Of a stretch of 64,000 nt of DNA, positions 27,416 through 38,748 are shown in pieces (positions within the stretch are counted from its first letter, which is position 1; every line of letters starts with the position of its first letter). The notes under the pieces were generated by a model. The model was given only the letters and a program-made list of their open reading frames with translations. It ran no database searches and was not told the origin of the DNA. Both the position numbers and the translations under genes were made by a program. The stretch comes from Ptychomitrium polyphyllum (Eukaryota): the NCBI GenBank assembly GCA_973851085.1, contig OZ316775.1, forward strand, positions 1,922,001 to 1,986,000. Direction: 5' to 3'.

Positions 27416-30400
27416 TTATGTCCATATTGTTAATCAAAAGAGAATTTGAAAACAACCAACCTCCACTTGATCCTCCAAATACACCATAAAAATTAGGTAT
27501 TGGTATAAATTATTTGTTATAAATGTTACCTTTGTAGCATTAAATTAAAATGATTGATATACACTTATTAGTAAGCACATATTTCTTGCCTATTATATTG
27601 TTCATGTAGTAGCACCAAGTCAATCTAATAATACAAAATTTAATTTGCATAAAATGTCAATTATTAAAATTGTCCTTCAAAATGCCTATACAAAAATATT
27701 TTTTTAGTATTTGGCATTTGCTTAATAGGTAATAATTGTTTCAAATAAAAAATGCACTCCAATTTCTTTTTGAGCAATTTTTTTATTGAAAAAGATTCAA
27801 AAATTTAATATATTACAAGATATATGCCATTTAGTTAAAAAGATTGTTTTAATTTTAAAGTATAGCATGGATTATTCTTCATTTTCTTTTCTCTTTTTTC
27901 TATAGATTAAAGTAAATATATGAATTCCAATCCTTATACAATCATTTAAATTAAAATATTGATCATTTACTTTTAATTTCCAACTAATTTTATTTTTTAT
28001 AATTCTTGGTACATTTTTGGATTGGATTTAGATTATTCAGCATGTGGAAAATATACAATGAGTCTATTGAAAAATATTCAATCAAATAGGTATAAGATGC
28101 AAACATAATGCTTATTAGAAGGTGAAAACAATATGAATTTAGAACCAAGGTTATTTAAAGTTACTAAGTGTTAGTCAAGGCCTTCAATTCACTTCAAATA
28201 TGTGTTTTAAAGTTTTTTCTTACTTATACTTTTAAGTTAGTGTTTTGTGTGGATAATTCTTAATTTAGCTATTGAATTGACTTAAAATTATTGTAACATG
28301 TAATGGACGCTACGCTAAACATTCCCAACAAAACTAGATTTGTAATGCATACTTTTATGCTTGCAAGGAGTCAGTATTTTGTGTAAGATTAAAAACATAG
28401 GGCTGAAAATAGTTGAGGCATTCAAGTTGTTGGTTGGAGCCTTGCAAATGATATAGGTCAATGCTAGTATACTTGTCCTTGAGAGCTTAACAAGTTGTGC
28501 AGCCAAAGGTGGCAATTTGTGGATTTCAATGAATGTCTATCCTCTTACTAAAATTTAAGGGAAATTTCTCTGACGTCCTCTTCTCGGGAAGGCTACAGTG
28601 TGAACTGCCCCTAACAAACAAATAATTCCAGCATTCCTTCAGATTTTCCCCTCCCTCCAGGGCCCCAGGGAGGAGCGGCCACTGATTTTTAAGCACCTCG
28701 CAATGTCACATGGACTTTCATGTGCAGGCCTAAGAGGGAATCTCCACAAAATATTCAGTGGAATTTGTGTGCAGCCTGTGAACGCGCGTCCAGGGTAGGC
28801 CGGACCAGAGCAGGGCTCGAATTTCAAAGCCGGCCTCTCCAAAGCAAGTGGAGTTAAGCAAAGAGTATATTACTTTCTCTTGAGTTGCTGTAAAAAGATC
28901 ATTGGAGGTCTATGTTGGATGGCAATCAGCTCCTGCATCTGCGTGTTCCTATCTGTGGGAACCTACGGACAAAACCTACCAGTACCCCCCATAAAGAGTG
29001 TTGTCTACAGCATCGTTCCAGCGCAGGTGTGAAAGGAACATCCGCAAGGGGATAGGGGAAGGTTCGTTTCATCCATTTCTGTTTGCCTTTCCTATGTTTG
29101 TGACGGGAATGTTCTTTGTTAAGGATATTGTGTGATTTGCAGCCCCCTATGAGCTGGGGAAAAGGCCAGTGATTTGGAACGGGTATTATCAAGGTGTTCT
29201 AGGAAATAATTAACTAAATCGTCGCGATTAGCAACCCTGCCCCCACTACTATTGTGCACACTCTTTGACATGTGTGAAGCCATGATTTAGTTTGCCACAC
29301 CAGCTGGTCTACTGAGATGAGTTGTTCTTGCAGATGTCTGCAGTGAATACAGGGTTCTGTCATGATGAGGAGTAGCAGTAACTTTTCGACTTTAGAGTTA
29401 TTTGTGAATTGAACCCTTTTCTCACCTGTTATTATGTCATATGTGATTTGACCTCCATAAGATTTCTTAGCAAATGAAGCAACTTATCTTCACCTTGGAA
29501 AGTGAAAAATCAATAATGAATGATAGTGATGGTATGAGGTAGTAAAAGCATGAAGGTGTGATTCTAATTTATTGACTTATGCACAAATTCTGTTAATCTT
29601 CATTGGATACGGTTTTGATAATGGAAATGTACTTTTGGATAATGGAATTATCATTTTGCAAGAAAGTGTCTAGAAGGATCATTGACAAATGCCATACTAT
29701 TTCTAACTTCATTTCTAATTGGATTCAAACACAAGTTCCAATATACCAAATTTTTGTCCATCTTTGACAAACCCATCCAAAAACTTTAATTAATAACACC
29801 TTGACAAAGCAAAAAACAAGTTCCATATTTTGGAGTGAAAAAGGGTTGAGCGTACAAATAACTTCAATATGTTTTCAAGTTAATTATAGTAATGGAATGT
29901 TAAATTTCGTGTTTTGGACATGGTTTCAATCTTTTTGGATTTTATAAATCTTTGGGTTCCAAAATTAAAAATTTAATGGACCTTATAGACCAAGTTCAAA
30001 CTAAGTCCTTGGAAAACATGATTACATGCTTTTTAAAATTTAGCTACTATAATTATGTAGCTTTTTTGTTAACTTATTAATGACAAGTTTCAATTTTCAC
30101 AAAAAACTTTAAGAAGCTTATCCATTTATAAAATGACATGTGTTGCTTTTTCTTGCCAAAATGATGATTAAATGATAAATATGCTATATAATTTTAGTAG
30201 TTGAAATGAATAATTGACACATAAGATGTCATTCACTTTTTTGCAATAAGGATAATATAATTAAGTTTTCTCGGTTACATATTAGTAACGTAGTATACAA
30301 CTTAATGAATGTAAAAATCTCAAAGATAAAGGAGAAGAAAATATGACTTCCTTAAGAGACTAGGAATTAAATATTAATTAGTGACATAACTTTCTTATAG

Positions 30401-30451
30401 TGTTATTTTTCCCATAAGATGTAACATTTTTGTAGTCAAGGTATTATAGCC

Positions 30452-30533
30452 TAATTAAAAAAATAAATCTAATAATTAAAAAAATAAATCTAATAATTAA
30501 AAAAATAAATCTAATAATTAAAAAAATAAATCT
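30452..30533. repeat. Tandem repeat, 21-bp unit TAATTAAAAAAATAAATCTAA x3.9
   Basis: Direct reading. Confidence 0.9.
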
Positions 30534-33500
30534 CTCCAAAGTTAATTTTCAATTTTCAATATATATTATTTCAAAATTGAGGGTAATCCAGTACTTAAAT
30601 TTTGCAAAGAAAAATTCTTGTAAGATCCAGTAACCTAGATTATAATGCTGGAAATGATTATACCTTAAACATACAAATCTCGAATTTTTTAAGATGCAGT
30701 ATTTTGAAAATCAAATATATTGTTGCTAAAGTTCATATAAATTACAAGCCTATGATTCATAGATGTATCACATTCATAGCTTTTAAATGAGACATCACAC
30801 ATGTTAATACCACACATGTTCTATTCTTCTATTTAAGAAATAAGGATGTACCATGAAAATATATGTTTGTTCCTGAATTGAAATTTAGAAATATGTTCTT
30901 CACCCTAATTCACCAACATAATGGATGGCATATACATTCACTTTTTCCTACTTCAGAGGCTAAAATGTATATAACAAAGGTGATGTGAGAATGGCTGATG
31001 TTGAATGACCTGCATGTTAATCATAGTTATGTGACCACTTAGACTCCATAACTTCCAATTTAGACCAAAATATGCCTAGCCATCTGTTATTTGTGACTGT
31101 TAATGAACATTTTGCTAATAGATCTGTGATATTTTCTCTGTACATCTTGGTGCTCAGTTTGGAGTGGAAGTGATGGCACATCAGCAATGGTCTCCATAAC
31201 AAAATCTGCAATTATGCATACAAGATCCAGTATGTAATAACAAGATTGTGAGAAAGGCCAAGAGAAGACACTGCCAGTCACTTCAATCAGATTGTCCAAG
31301 AGCACTATATCTATGCAGTGAAATGGGGGATTTGCTGATAAATCTATGGGGGTGAAGTACACAAAGTGTTTGATAGTGTAGCTTTGCCTCATGGACAGAG
31401 GTAATGGACACAATATGAGCAGCACACTGAAAGAGCCAGACCTAGACAGAAAAGGAAATCTGAAATGGGGACAAGTTGCAACAAAATGCACAGTCCAAAC
31501 AAAACAACGTTGCATGGTCCAGTTGGATGCATTGGATGAGGAGAAGGGGTACAAGTGGCCACCCAAACCTGATCTATCTTGCATTGACGTTTCCAGATTG
31601 CTTAACCAGACATGAGCATCAATTCTATCTTCTTCATTTACAACGCCCTCTAATCTGAGCTAGACTGAGGTTTCTTGACTGAATTTGAATCAGCTTAAAA
31701 AAATAATTAAATTTGAAAAATTCTATGCTTTGTGTGGTTATACAATACAGTTATTTGTTAAGTCCTAAAACACATTTTCTAACAACTTGATTCAAGAAAC
31801 ACAACACAAAATTTTTAAAACATAATGAGTAAGACGTAAATTAATAATAGGGGAGAAAAATTTAAAAAAAATAATTAAAAATTCATTCTTAAGAAGATTT
31901 TGTAGTGTGGCATAAATAATGAGTGTGCATGTAGCTCATTTACTCCATTTGTGTCAGGCACTGTTTCTTTTTAGGCATGTATTACAATTTGAGGTGAATA
32001 TTGGGAATCTTTTGTGACTAAATTTTTTTAAAAGGAAAAACACATAATAAATCACTTCTTTTAAAAAACTCTTTCAATTGCACTATTACTCATGAGATAA
32101 GTCTAATGCATCTACTGGAATCTCACTGGTATGCAATTACGCGAGAGGAAATGAAGTTCTGATCTGAAATAGGGTAGGTATTTGGAAGCATAGAGGGTGG
32201 CTGGGTAAGTACAGGCAATGAAGGTCAGTAAATTAACGTGAGTTCAGATATACATGTAAGGGCAAGAATATTGTAGCAAGTAGTGTCATCCATGTGTATG
32301 AAGCTGGCTATAATCGGTAGCACCGAGGCTGCCACCGGCTGGTAGCGGTTGGAATCCAGGCCAGAGCTCGGTCTATCCAGAACTTGAGAAAAGAATGGCC
32401 GGTGGTCGGGAAACAGAGCACTTTGCCTGGACGGGTCGGCGCGCGGGGTCGGGATCCCGGCCAACGGGGCACTCCACGGCAATGCAGGGAGTGCAAAGTG
32501 CCCAGTGCAGCAGTGCTGCTGCACAGCGCCAGCTACATTCCAAAGTCAACAAGGCCTTCCGGGGCTCGTCACGGCAAGCGTAACTTACAAGCAGTGCAGG
32601 CGAGTATGTGGCCTTCAGTTCAATGCCCTTGCAGCTAGCGAAGACACTGATTGTTTGTTCCTCTGCATTCAAAAACTCGTCACGGGTTTCAGGGTGAGGA
32701 AGTCTGGGAGACGAAGAAGGCGAAGACGGCGACAACGCTTCTGTAGTGGGTGGGGGCCTTTGCTTTCAACTTTTCTTTTTCTTTTTCCTTTTTTCTTCCT
32801 TTTTTGGGGGATTTCTCTCCATTTCCCCCTCTCTTTGTGTCTTGAGCACACTTCACAGGGTGATTGTACAGAGGTGAGACTATTAACGTGTATCATGGTT
32901 GAAGCCACTGCTTTCCGTTGCGGGCCTTACCCAGCTTTCTTGGCGAAGAAGAGAGTAGAGGAGAGGAGAAGAGGTCTGGAGCTTGGTGATGTTGCACTGC
33001 AAGAAGTAGAGGCGTTACTTTGCATGCTCACCTTACCCCACTGCTGCTGCCGTTGCTGTAGTTGATGGTGAGGGTGATGATGAGGATGATGAGGGGAAGC
33101 CTACCAGGCCAGGCAGACTAGTTGTACCACGCCACAACCGCATGTGACCTGCTCTAGGCTTGAATGCATGGGCACCACTGGATTGCCACTGTCGGCTTCG
33201 CTTACGGGCTCCGCTGTACCTCGCGCGTCCACCTTGGCGATGATCCTGTAACGTCAGGCAGTGCACCAGATGCCCACTCCAACCCTCCACGCAGCTGCTC
33301 TCTGCTGGCTGGCTGTACCACCTACTCCCGCGGTCCACCCAGTCAGTGTAGTGAATTGCTTTGCATGTTTACATTACGAACATGACTCGAGTTGACGTTC
33401 GTAGCACAATTCGTTCCCACTCCTGCTCCCTTGCTGCCTCCTTCACTCTCTTTCTGACTCGATGTTCATGCCTCACCCTCGCCTAACGAAACTTGACGAT

Positions 33501-34293
33501 CATAGCACCCCAACCACCACCTCCTAGCCACCGAAGAATGACTTGTAACTACACTATTTCATGTATTTTCTTGACGAAGCAATCTCTAGGTGATTTTAGT
33601 GCGTTTTAAAGCCAAGCCGACGTCTGAGCGGTCCTACTCAATGTGCATTCTCTTGTTCCACCAACAACACGCTCCATGAGGTTGGGCTAGCCAGGTCCTA
33701 TAACACCGTCACTGGGTTGGCATCGGGAACCACCAGATTCAGCGCTAGCTTTCGATTTAAGTTGAGAGTTGGATGGCCTGATGGTTACGTGATCAACAAC
33801 TCCGTGTCCGAAACATAGTAGTGAGGTGCTCTCTCTCTTCATCATGTCGCTTACTCCATCCCTGTATAGGTGCAGCAGCAGGAGCCAAGCCTGGGTCTGC
33901 ACTGGCCCGGCAGAGAATTAGAAACCAAGTTTCAGAGTTTGATAGGAATAGAAGTGGCTGTACTATCACTACTACTACTGCCAATCGGCCAACGTACGTG
34001 CAATAGGTGGTGGGTGTAGTAGTAGCAGTACTCATCATCATCATCAGCCTATAACTCTATAACTCCTGAATCAGTAGATCTTTCTTTCCGGGTTGTGCAG
34101 TGCCACCCCTATCCCCGATGTCTTTATCTCTAGAGCTTCTTCTTCAAGTACTACTCCAGGTCTTTTTACAATCGATGCTACTGCTGCTCCGCCATCCTTC
34201 CCAGAAATCGGGTTTAGTCTTTCCAGCTCCGTTTCTGAGTCCCTGAGACAAGTTGCATCGTTTGGCGTGTCCCTCTTTGTCAGCACTAGTTCT

Positions 34294-34428
34294 ATGTCTG
34301 TCAAGGTCGAAGATGTCCACTCCAGGGTGGAAAATATTATTACAGACGTCAACTTAGTACTACAACGGCAGATGGGGGTGAGCTTGAAGAGGAGCGCTAC
34401 AGGAAAGCCTACAATCACCTCAATCTAA
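34294..34428 (+). promoter_or_regulatory. Candidate 44-codon uORF, in frame with the TF CDS
   Basis: ATG at 34294 to TAA at 34426-34428 (MSVKVEDVHSRVENIITDVNLVLQRQMGVSLKRSATGKPTITSI). Whether it lies within the transcript is unknown. Confidence 0.4.
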
Positions 34429-34518
34429 TGGATCACCGGTAAGGCTGCATCGGACTCAGAGCTGGTGCTGCACGCAGGCAGGCAACAGTCTGCGAGGTGG
34501 GAGCTAGCGAGGCGCGGG

Positions 34519-37500
34519 ATGCAGGGCCAGGTTGATTACAGCAGTGGCAGCGATGGCGGGGAACAGGCTCGGAAATGGGGCGAGAATCCGAATTCCGGCA
34601 AGCATCGCAACTCGTCGTCCAGCGGAGAGTACACCCCTGAGCGGTCTTCCGAGAGCCAGAACGCGGGTTCGGGAGGGAGCCCCCGAAGTGGGTACCAGGG
34701 GGCCTTCAGCGGTCGGAGCGGCGGGACCGTGCGTCAATACGTGCGTTCCAAAATGCCTCGCTTGCGATGGACTCCGGACCTGCACCACTGCTTCGTGCTC
34801 GCCGTGGAGCGTCTGGGCGGCCAAGATAGTGAGTACCGTCGTCCTCGAATGATTAATGTTTATTTCCTTTCCCTCCTAACTCAGATCATCTTATTGCTCA
34901 CTAAATGATTTTACCGGTTCTATTAATTCGGAAGTTACGATATTTCCCAGTGCTCAAACAGACTGATATCCAGCTCGAGTCAAATCTAGTCCGAGCAGTT
35001 CCGACTAGAGACAAATGGCAGAAATCCTTGCCGCATTATTGCCGCATTATCGTGGGCGACGTGTTGGTAAAAAACTCGTTAACATGGGCTGACATCACCA
35101 GGCCCATTACCGAAGGGACAGCCGGCTCTTTAAATTCGATGGTCACAGAATATGTAGCCCTGTAGCTAGAAACACGTTGATACTGTAATTGTAAGAAGGT
35201 TTGTGTTGTAAGTAGAATTTATCTGCAAGTCATATTGTCATATATTAGGACAGCAGGTGGATGTGGTCGGAGAGTGCGTGTCGCCTTCTTGAACTTCAGA
35301 CATGATACCAACAATGGAATTCAGGGTGAGATGCATGCTTCGCAACACGTTCAGTGCGTGCAGGCTATTTTGATCCGCATGGAATATCGCTGTATGTTAA
35401 TGTTATCCCCTCAGCCACGTGTTCAGATTTAGTGCGTGTTGTACTGACTTTGAGGGCACTGAAATTATAGATGTGATGATACTGTGAGGGTAATGTGACT
35501 AGTCGATTTATGGTACAATCCTCGCATTTTCCGCAGGAGCGACACCGAAGCTGGTTCTTCAACTGATGGACGTCAAGGGTCTTACTATAGCTCATGTCAA
35601 GAGCCATCTGCAGGTAAGAGCCGTATTTCAGGACATTCCTAGAGATTACACTGAACTGGTCGGTTCCAGGTAAAATTGATGTCCTTGTTTTTCGCCTCCA
35701 TTGCATCCTTGACTCCATTCATAATTCTTGGAGTCGTAGCTTAATAGTTTAATAGAAACGTCATCGCCATTCACATTTTTCGTATTATGAACCAGGTTTT
35801 AATTGAAGTAGCAGACTAGCAAATCGAACAGATTTCTCAGTTTTTAGTCCTGCATTGACAGTTCCTAGAGCATTCAAAATGTCATCTTTCAAAACGAACA
35901 TATCAGCAGATATAATTCACTCACCAACTCAATGTTTTTGATCTGTTGAAATTTGGATGCGGTCTGTAACAATTGCGCTGTGGCTGTTGAGTTTAGCAGA
36001 TGTACCGGAGTATGAAGAATGACGAGAATGGACAAAGCGGTATAATTTTTACTTTTCTACGTTGCACTACCAGTCTTCCACAGTCCACCTCCCCTTCCCC
36101 TTCCTTGAATTCCTGTTAACACGGAGCAGTATACAGTACGTATAGTGCAAATCTGAACAGAATGAACGATTCTATTCCCTGTAGCCTAATCGATCCTAGT
36201 ACCAAGACAAATTATTCTTCTCCAGTCTTATATTTCATCACCTCAGGCACAGTGCGTTGTATCACCGGCGTCATATCAAGCGCTACTGACAGTTCTTTGT
36301 TTAGGAAGCCAATGCATATATAGCAGCAGGTCAGATCATATTCAAGTCGCGCCATAAGTATGAAGATCGTCCCGGCCGATTCTTTCCCGCGATAGTAATT
36401 GGTAGGCAGGGTGCTAAAAGTCACATCAGCTGGCCGACGTCTTCTCAATGGAATCATTAGGTGGCAATATAATTGAGTGTCCATAGATCTGTGCAATGTG
36501 ATCAGATCCAGAGGATTGCACCGACCTGAAAGTTAATCTCGTCCTATGGATGTGGCAATATATCTAAAGCTAAAGTTGATAATGGACGTCCTAGCCAACA
36601 GTAAAGCTTGCGAATCAGACTTCCAAGTTCCAACTTTAATGGTTTCTTGGTAATGGGCCTGTTTGGCATGTTCAGCAATGATCGTGTGCACATAAGTGAT
36701 CATAGGGGCATTGATTTGTGGAAAGTTTTGTTGCGCCCGGATGGTCCAACTTTATTTCATTTTTCTGAATTCCTCTGGTTTAAAATAAAAATCTCACTTA
36801 ATGCAATGAACTGGTAAATATTAGGAATCCAGTTCTGAGAACTAGAAACATGAGACGATTTTGTTGGAACGTGGTTTTCTGATGTTTGGCGTGCAGGATT
36901 AGAGCAAGGGGATCAGATGATGGGAGAACAAGGGACTTCCGACGCAACACTGTTGCACTCGTCCTTCGGGCTTCAGCGAAGGGATCAGTTCCAAACGAGG
37001 GATTCCGATATCACCAGTGTCCCTATGTTTTCAAATTACCAGCTCCATCGTCAGGCTGGCATGATGCAACCCTTGGATCACCATCCTGCTGTGTCTTCCA
37101 GGTACACGACCATACAATTTCTCCGTCATAACTGCTGCAATGAATTAGCTGCGAAATACATTTGTTCGAGATATGCAAATGTGCAGAAGGAGACAAATAT
37201 GCGGTCTGAGAAAGACGAGCTTGGAGCTGATGAAAATTGTAAACCGTTGACGAATTAGGTTGTGTCTTGACAGGCACGATGGACATGGAGAATGGAGCAA
37301 CCGGGCTTATCAGCCTGCTAATTCTGGGCCGCCCACTGGCCACCGTGACTGGTCAGAAGACGAAATTCAGCTGGTGGAGTGGACGAAGCGGGAACAGGGT
37401 CGGGCGAAGAGGAGTCCTCACATAGCATCAGGAACCTTCAGTGACCAATCCAGAACTGATATGCAAGAAGATCAATGGTCGGCAAGACCGTCTAGTTCGG

Positions 37501-38748
37501 CATCGTTAGGAGACTGGGAGAGCAGACGTCAACAGCCGGATTTAAGTCTTGGTATAACTAATTGATTTCCAAACACAATGTTCTTGTCTCTTGAGTAGTT
37601 GTGGATAGTTAACTAATTTTCTACTACATGTTGAGATGGCAAACAAGGAGCGAGTCTGAGAAGAAAATAATGTAATTTGTAATGGGTAATGTGGTGGACC
37701 AGGGGGAAGATTTGTTGCGTTGCAGGAAGGACCATGGTTACAATTCGGAGGGATCAACCCCAATACGGCTTCCCAGCTACAACTAGAAGCCTTGAAGAGA
37801 CAGGAAATTGCAAGTGAATGGGACCGATGGCGAGCGCACGGAGCGCGACAGGATTGGCCCCGGCATCATTCCAGTAGACAAAACGTGAACGTCACTTCCT
37901 CGGAGGAACCCATTTCGACGACACTAGAGAATTCTCGCATCCACTTTAAGCAGATACTTGATTACAGTTGCAGCTCTTCCAACATTCAGGAAAAGCAGCA
38001 GCAACGCCCGAGAGAGGATGTGGTTAAGCATCGCTCTCCAAGCTGGCCGCTTTTGTTCGGATCAGCTCCAGACCATATCGCGGCTCAGGTGATTACTTGA
38101 CTCCATTCCAGCTTGATTCTTCTCCTAGATAGACTTTACAAAGCCACCGGGTGGCTAATTGTATCTCTGTCTCATCTCCGATTAGCAGAGTCATGATGTT
38201 ACAAGAGCTGAGTACACCTCTGGCTTTGTAGGCCTGATTTTTCAACACAAAGTTAGCACATGCTTCCTGGTAACCTGGCGCGTGTACATGAATTGAGAAC
38301 ATATCAATCCGGCCTTTGAACGTGAGCACGATGTTACTTGTAACAACGAACTCACTTGTACTACACGGTGCTGGATTTGCAGAGAGGGCCAGATAAATAT
38401 GCAGAGCGAAGTCGGCTATTTTCAGAGTCGGATGCAGACACTTCCAGCCCGTGGACGTTCATGGCGCGGCAGCACCAAGAGCATGTCGCAGCTTCTACAA
38501 GATCTAACATGGACAGGGAGCCAGACGGGACGACTCTGTCACTGTACCCATACAGCTCGCAGGTCACGCAGCAGAATGGTTCGTCATCGCCACCATCCCA
38601 CCCTCGCCACCACCACCATATGAGCCTGCCGGACATCAATGAAGACCACCGCGACTCCCACCCGCTGGCTCAGAGTGAAACTGTACAATTGTCACCACGG
38701 GACTGTATTACCTTAGATCTTACCATGTCTATAGGTGCTCCGGGTTAG
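34519..38748 (+). CDS. GARP/G2-like (SHAQKYF-class) MYB transcription factor, MOF1/At2g38300-like. Exons: 34519-34828, 35537-35613, 36000-36039, 36897-37101, 37274-37551, 37703-38088, 38383-38748 (553 aa)
   Basis: The spliced domain reads VRQYVRSKMPRLRWTPDLHHCFVLAVERLGGQD|RATPKLVLQLMDVKGLTIAHVKSHLQ|MYRSMK. All introns are GT-AG with compatible phases, and the exons total 1662 nt. The C-terminus has an ITLDLTMSI EAR-like motif. Exons 1-3 are well supported; the acceptor of exon 6 is less certain. Confidence 0.92.

Noticed and set aside
33780..33900. MIR156/529/535 precursor or TAS6-like locus
   Set aside because: No complementary hairpin arm, and no second miRNA site or miR390 site was seen nearby. 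Kept only as a possible target site.
32225..34070. Many overlapping ORFs upstream of the TF
   Set aside because: GC-rich, low-complexity promoter or leader sequence with no recognisable domain or consistent exon structure.
34519..38748. Calling the TF KANADI or PHR1
   Set aside because: It has VRQYVRSKMPRLRW and GGQDRATPKLVLQ rather than the KANADI RAPRMRW and GGHERATPKSVLE. It also lacks the PHR LHEQLE coiled coil.
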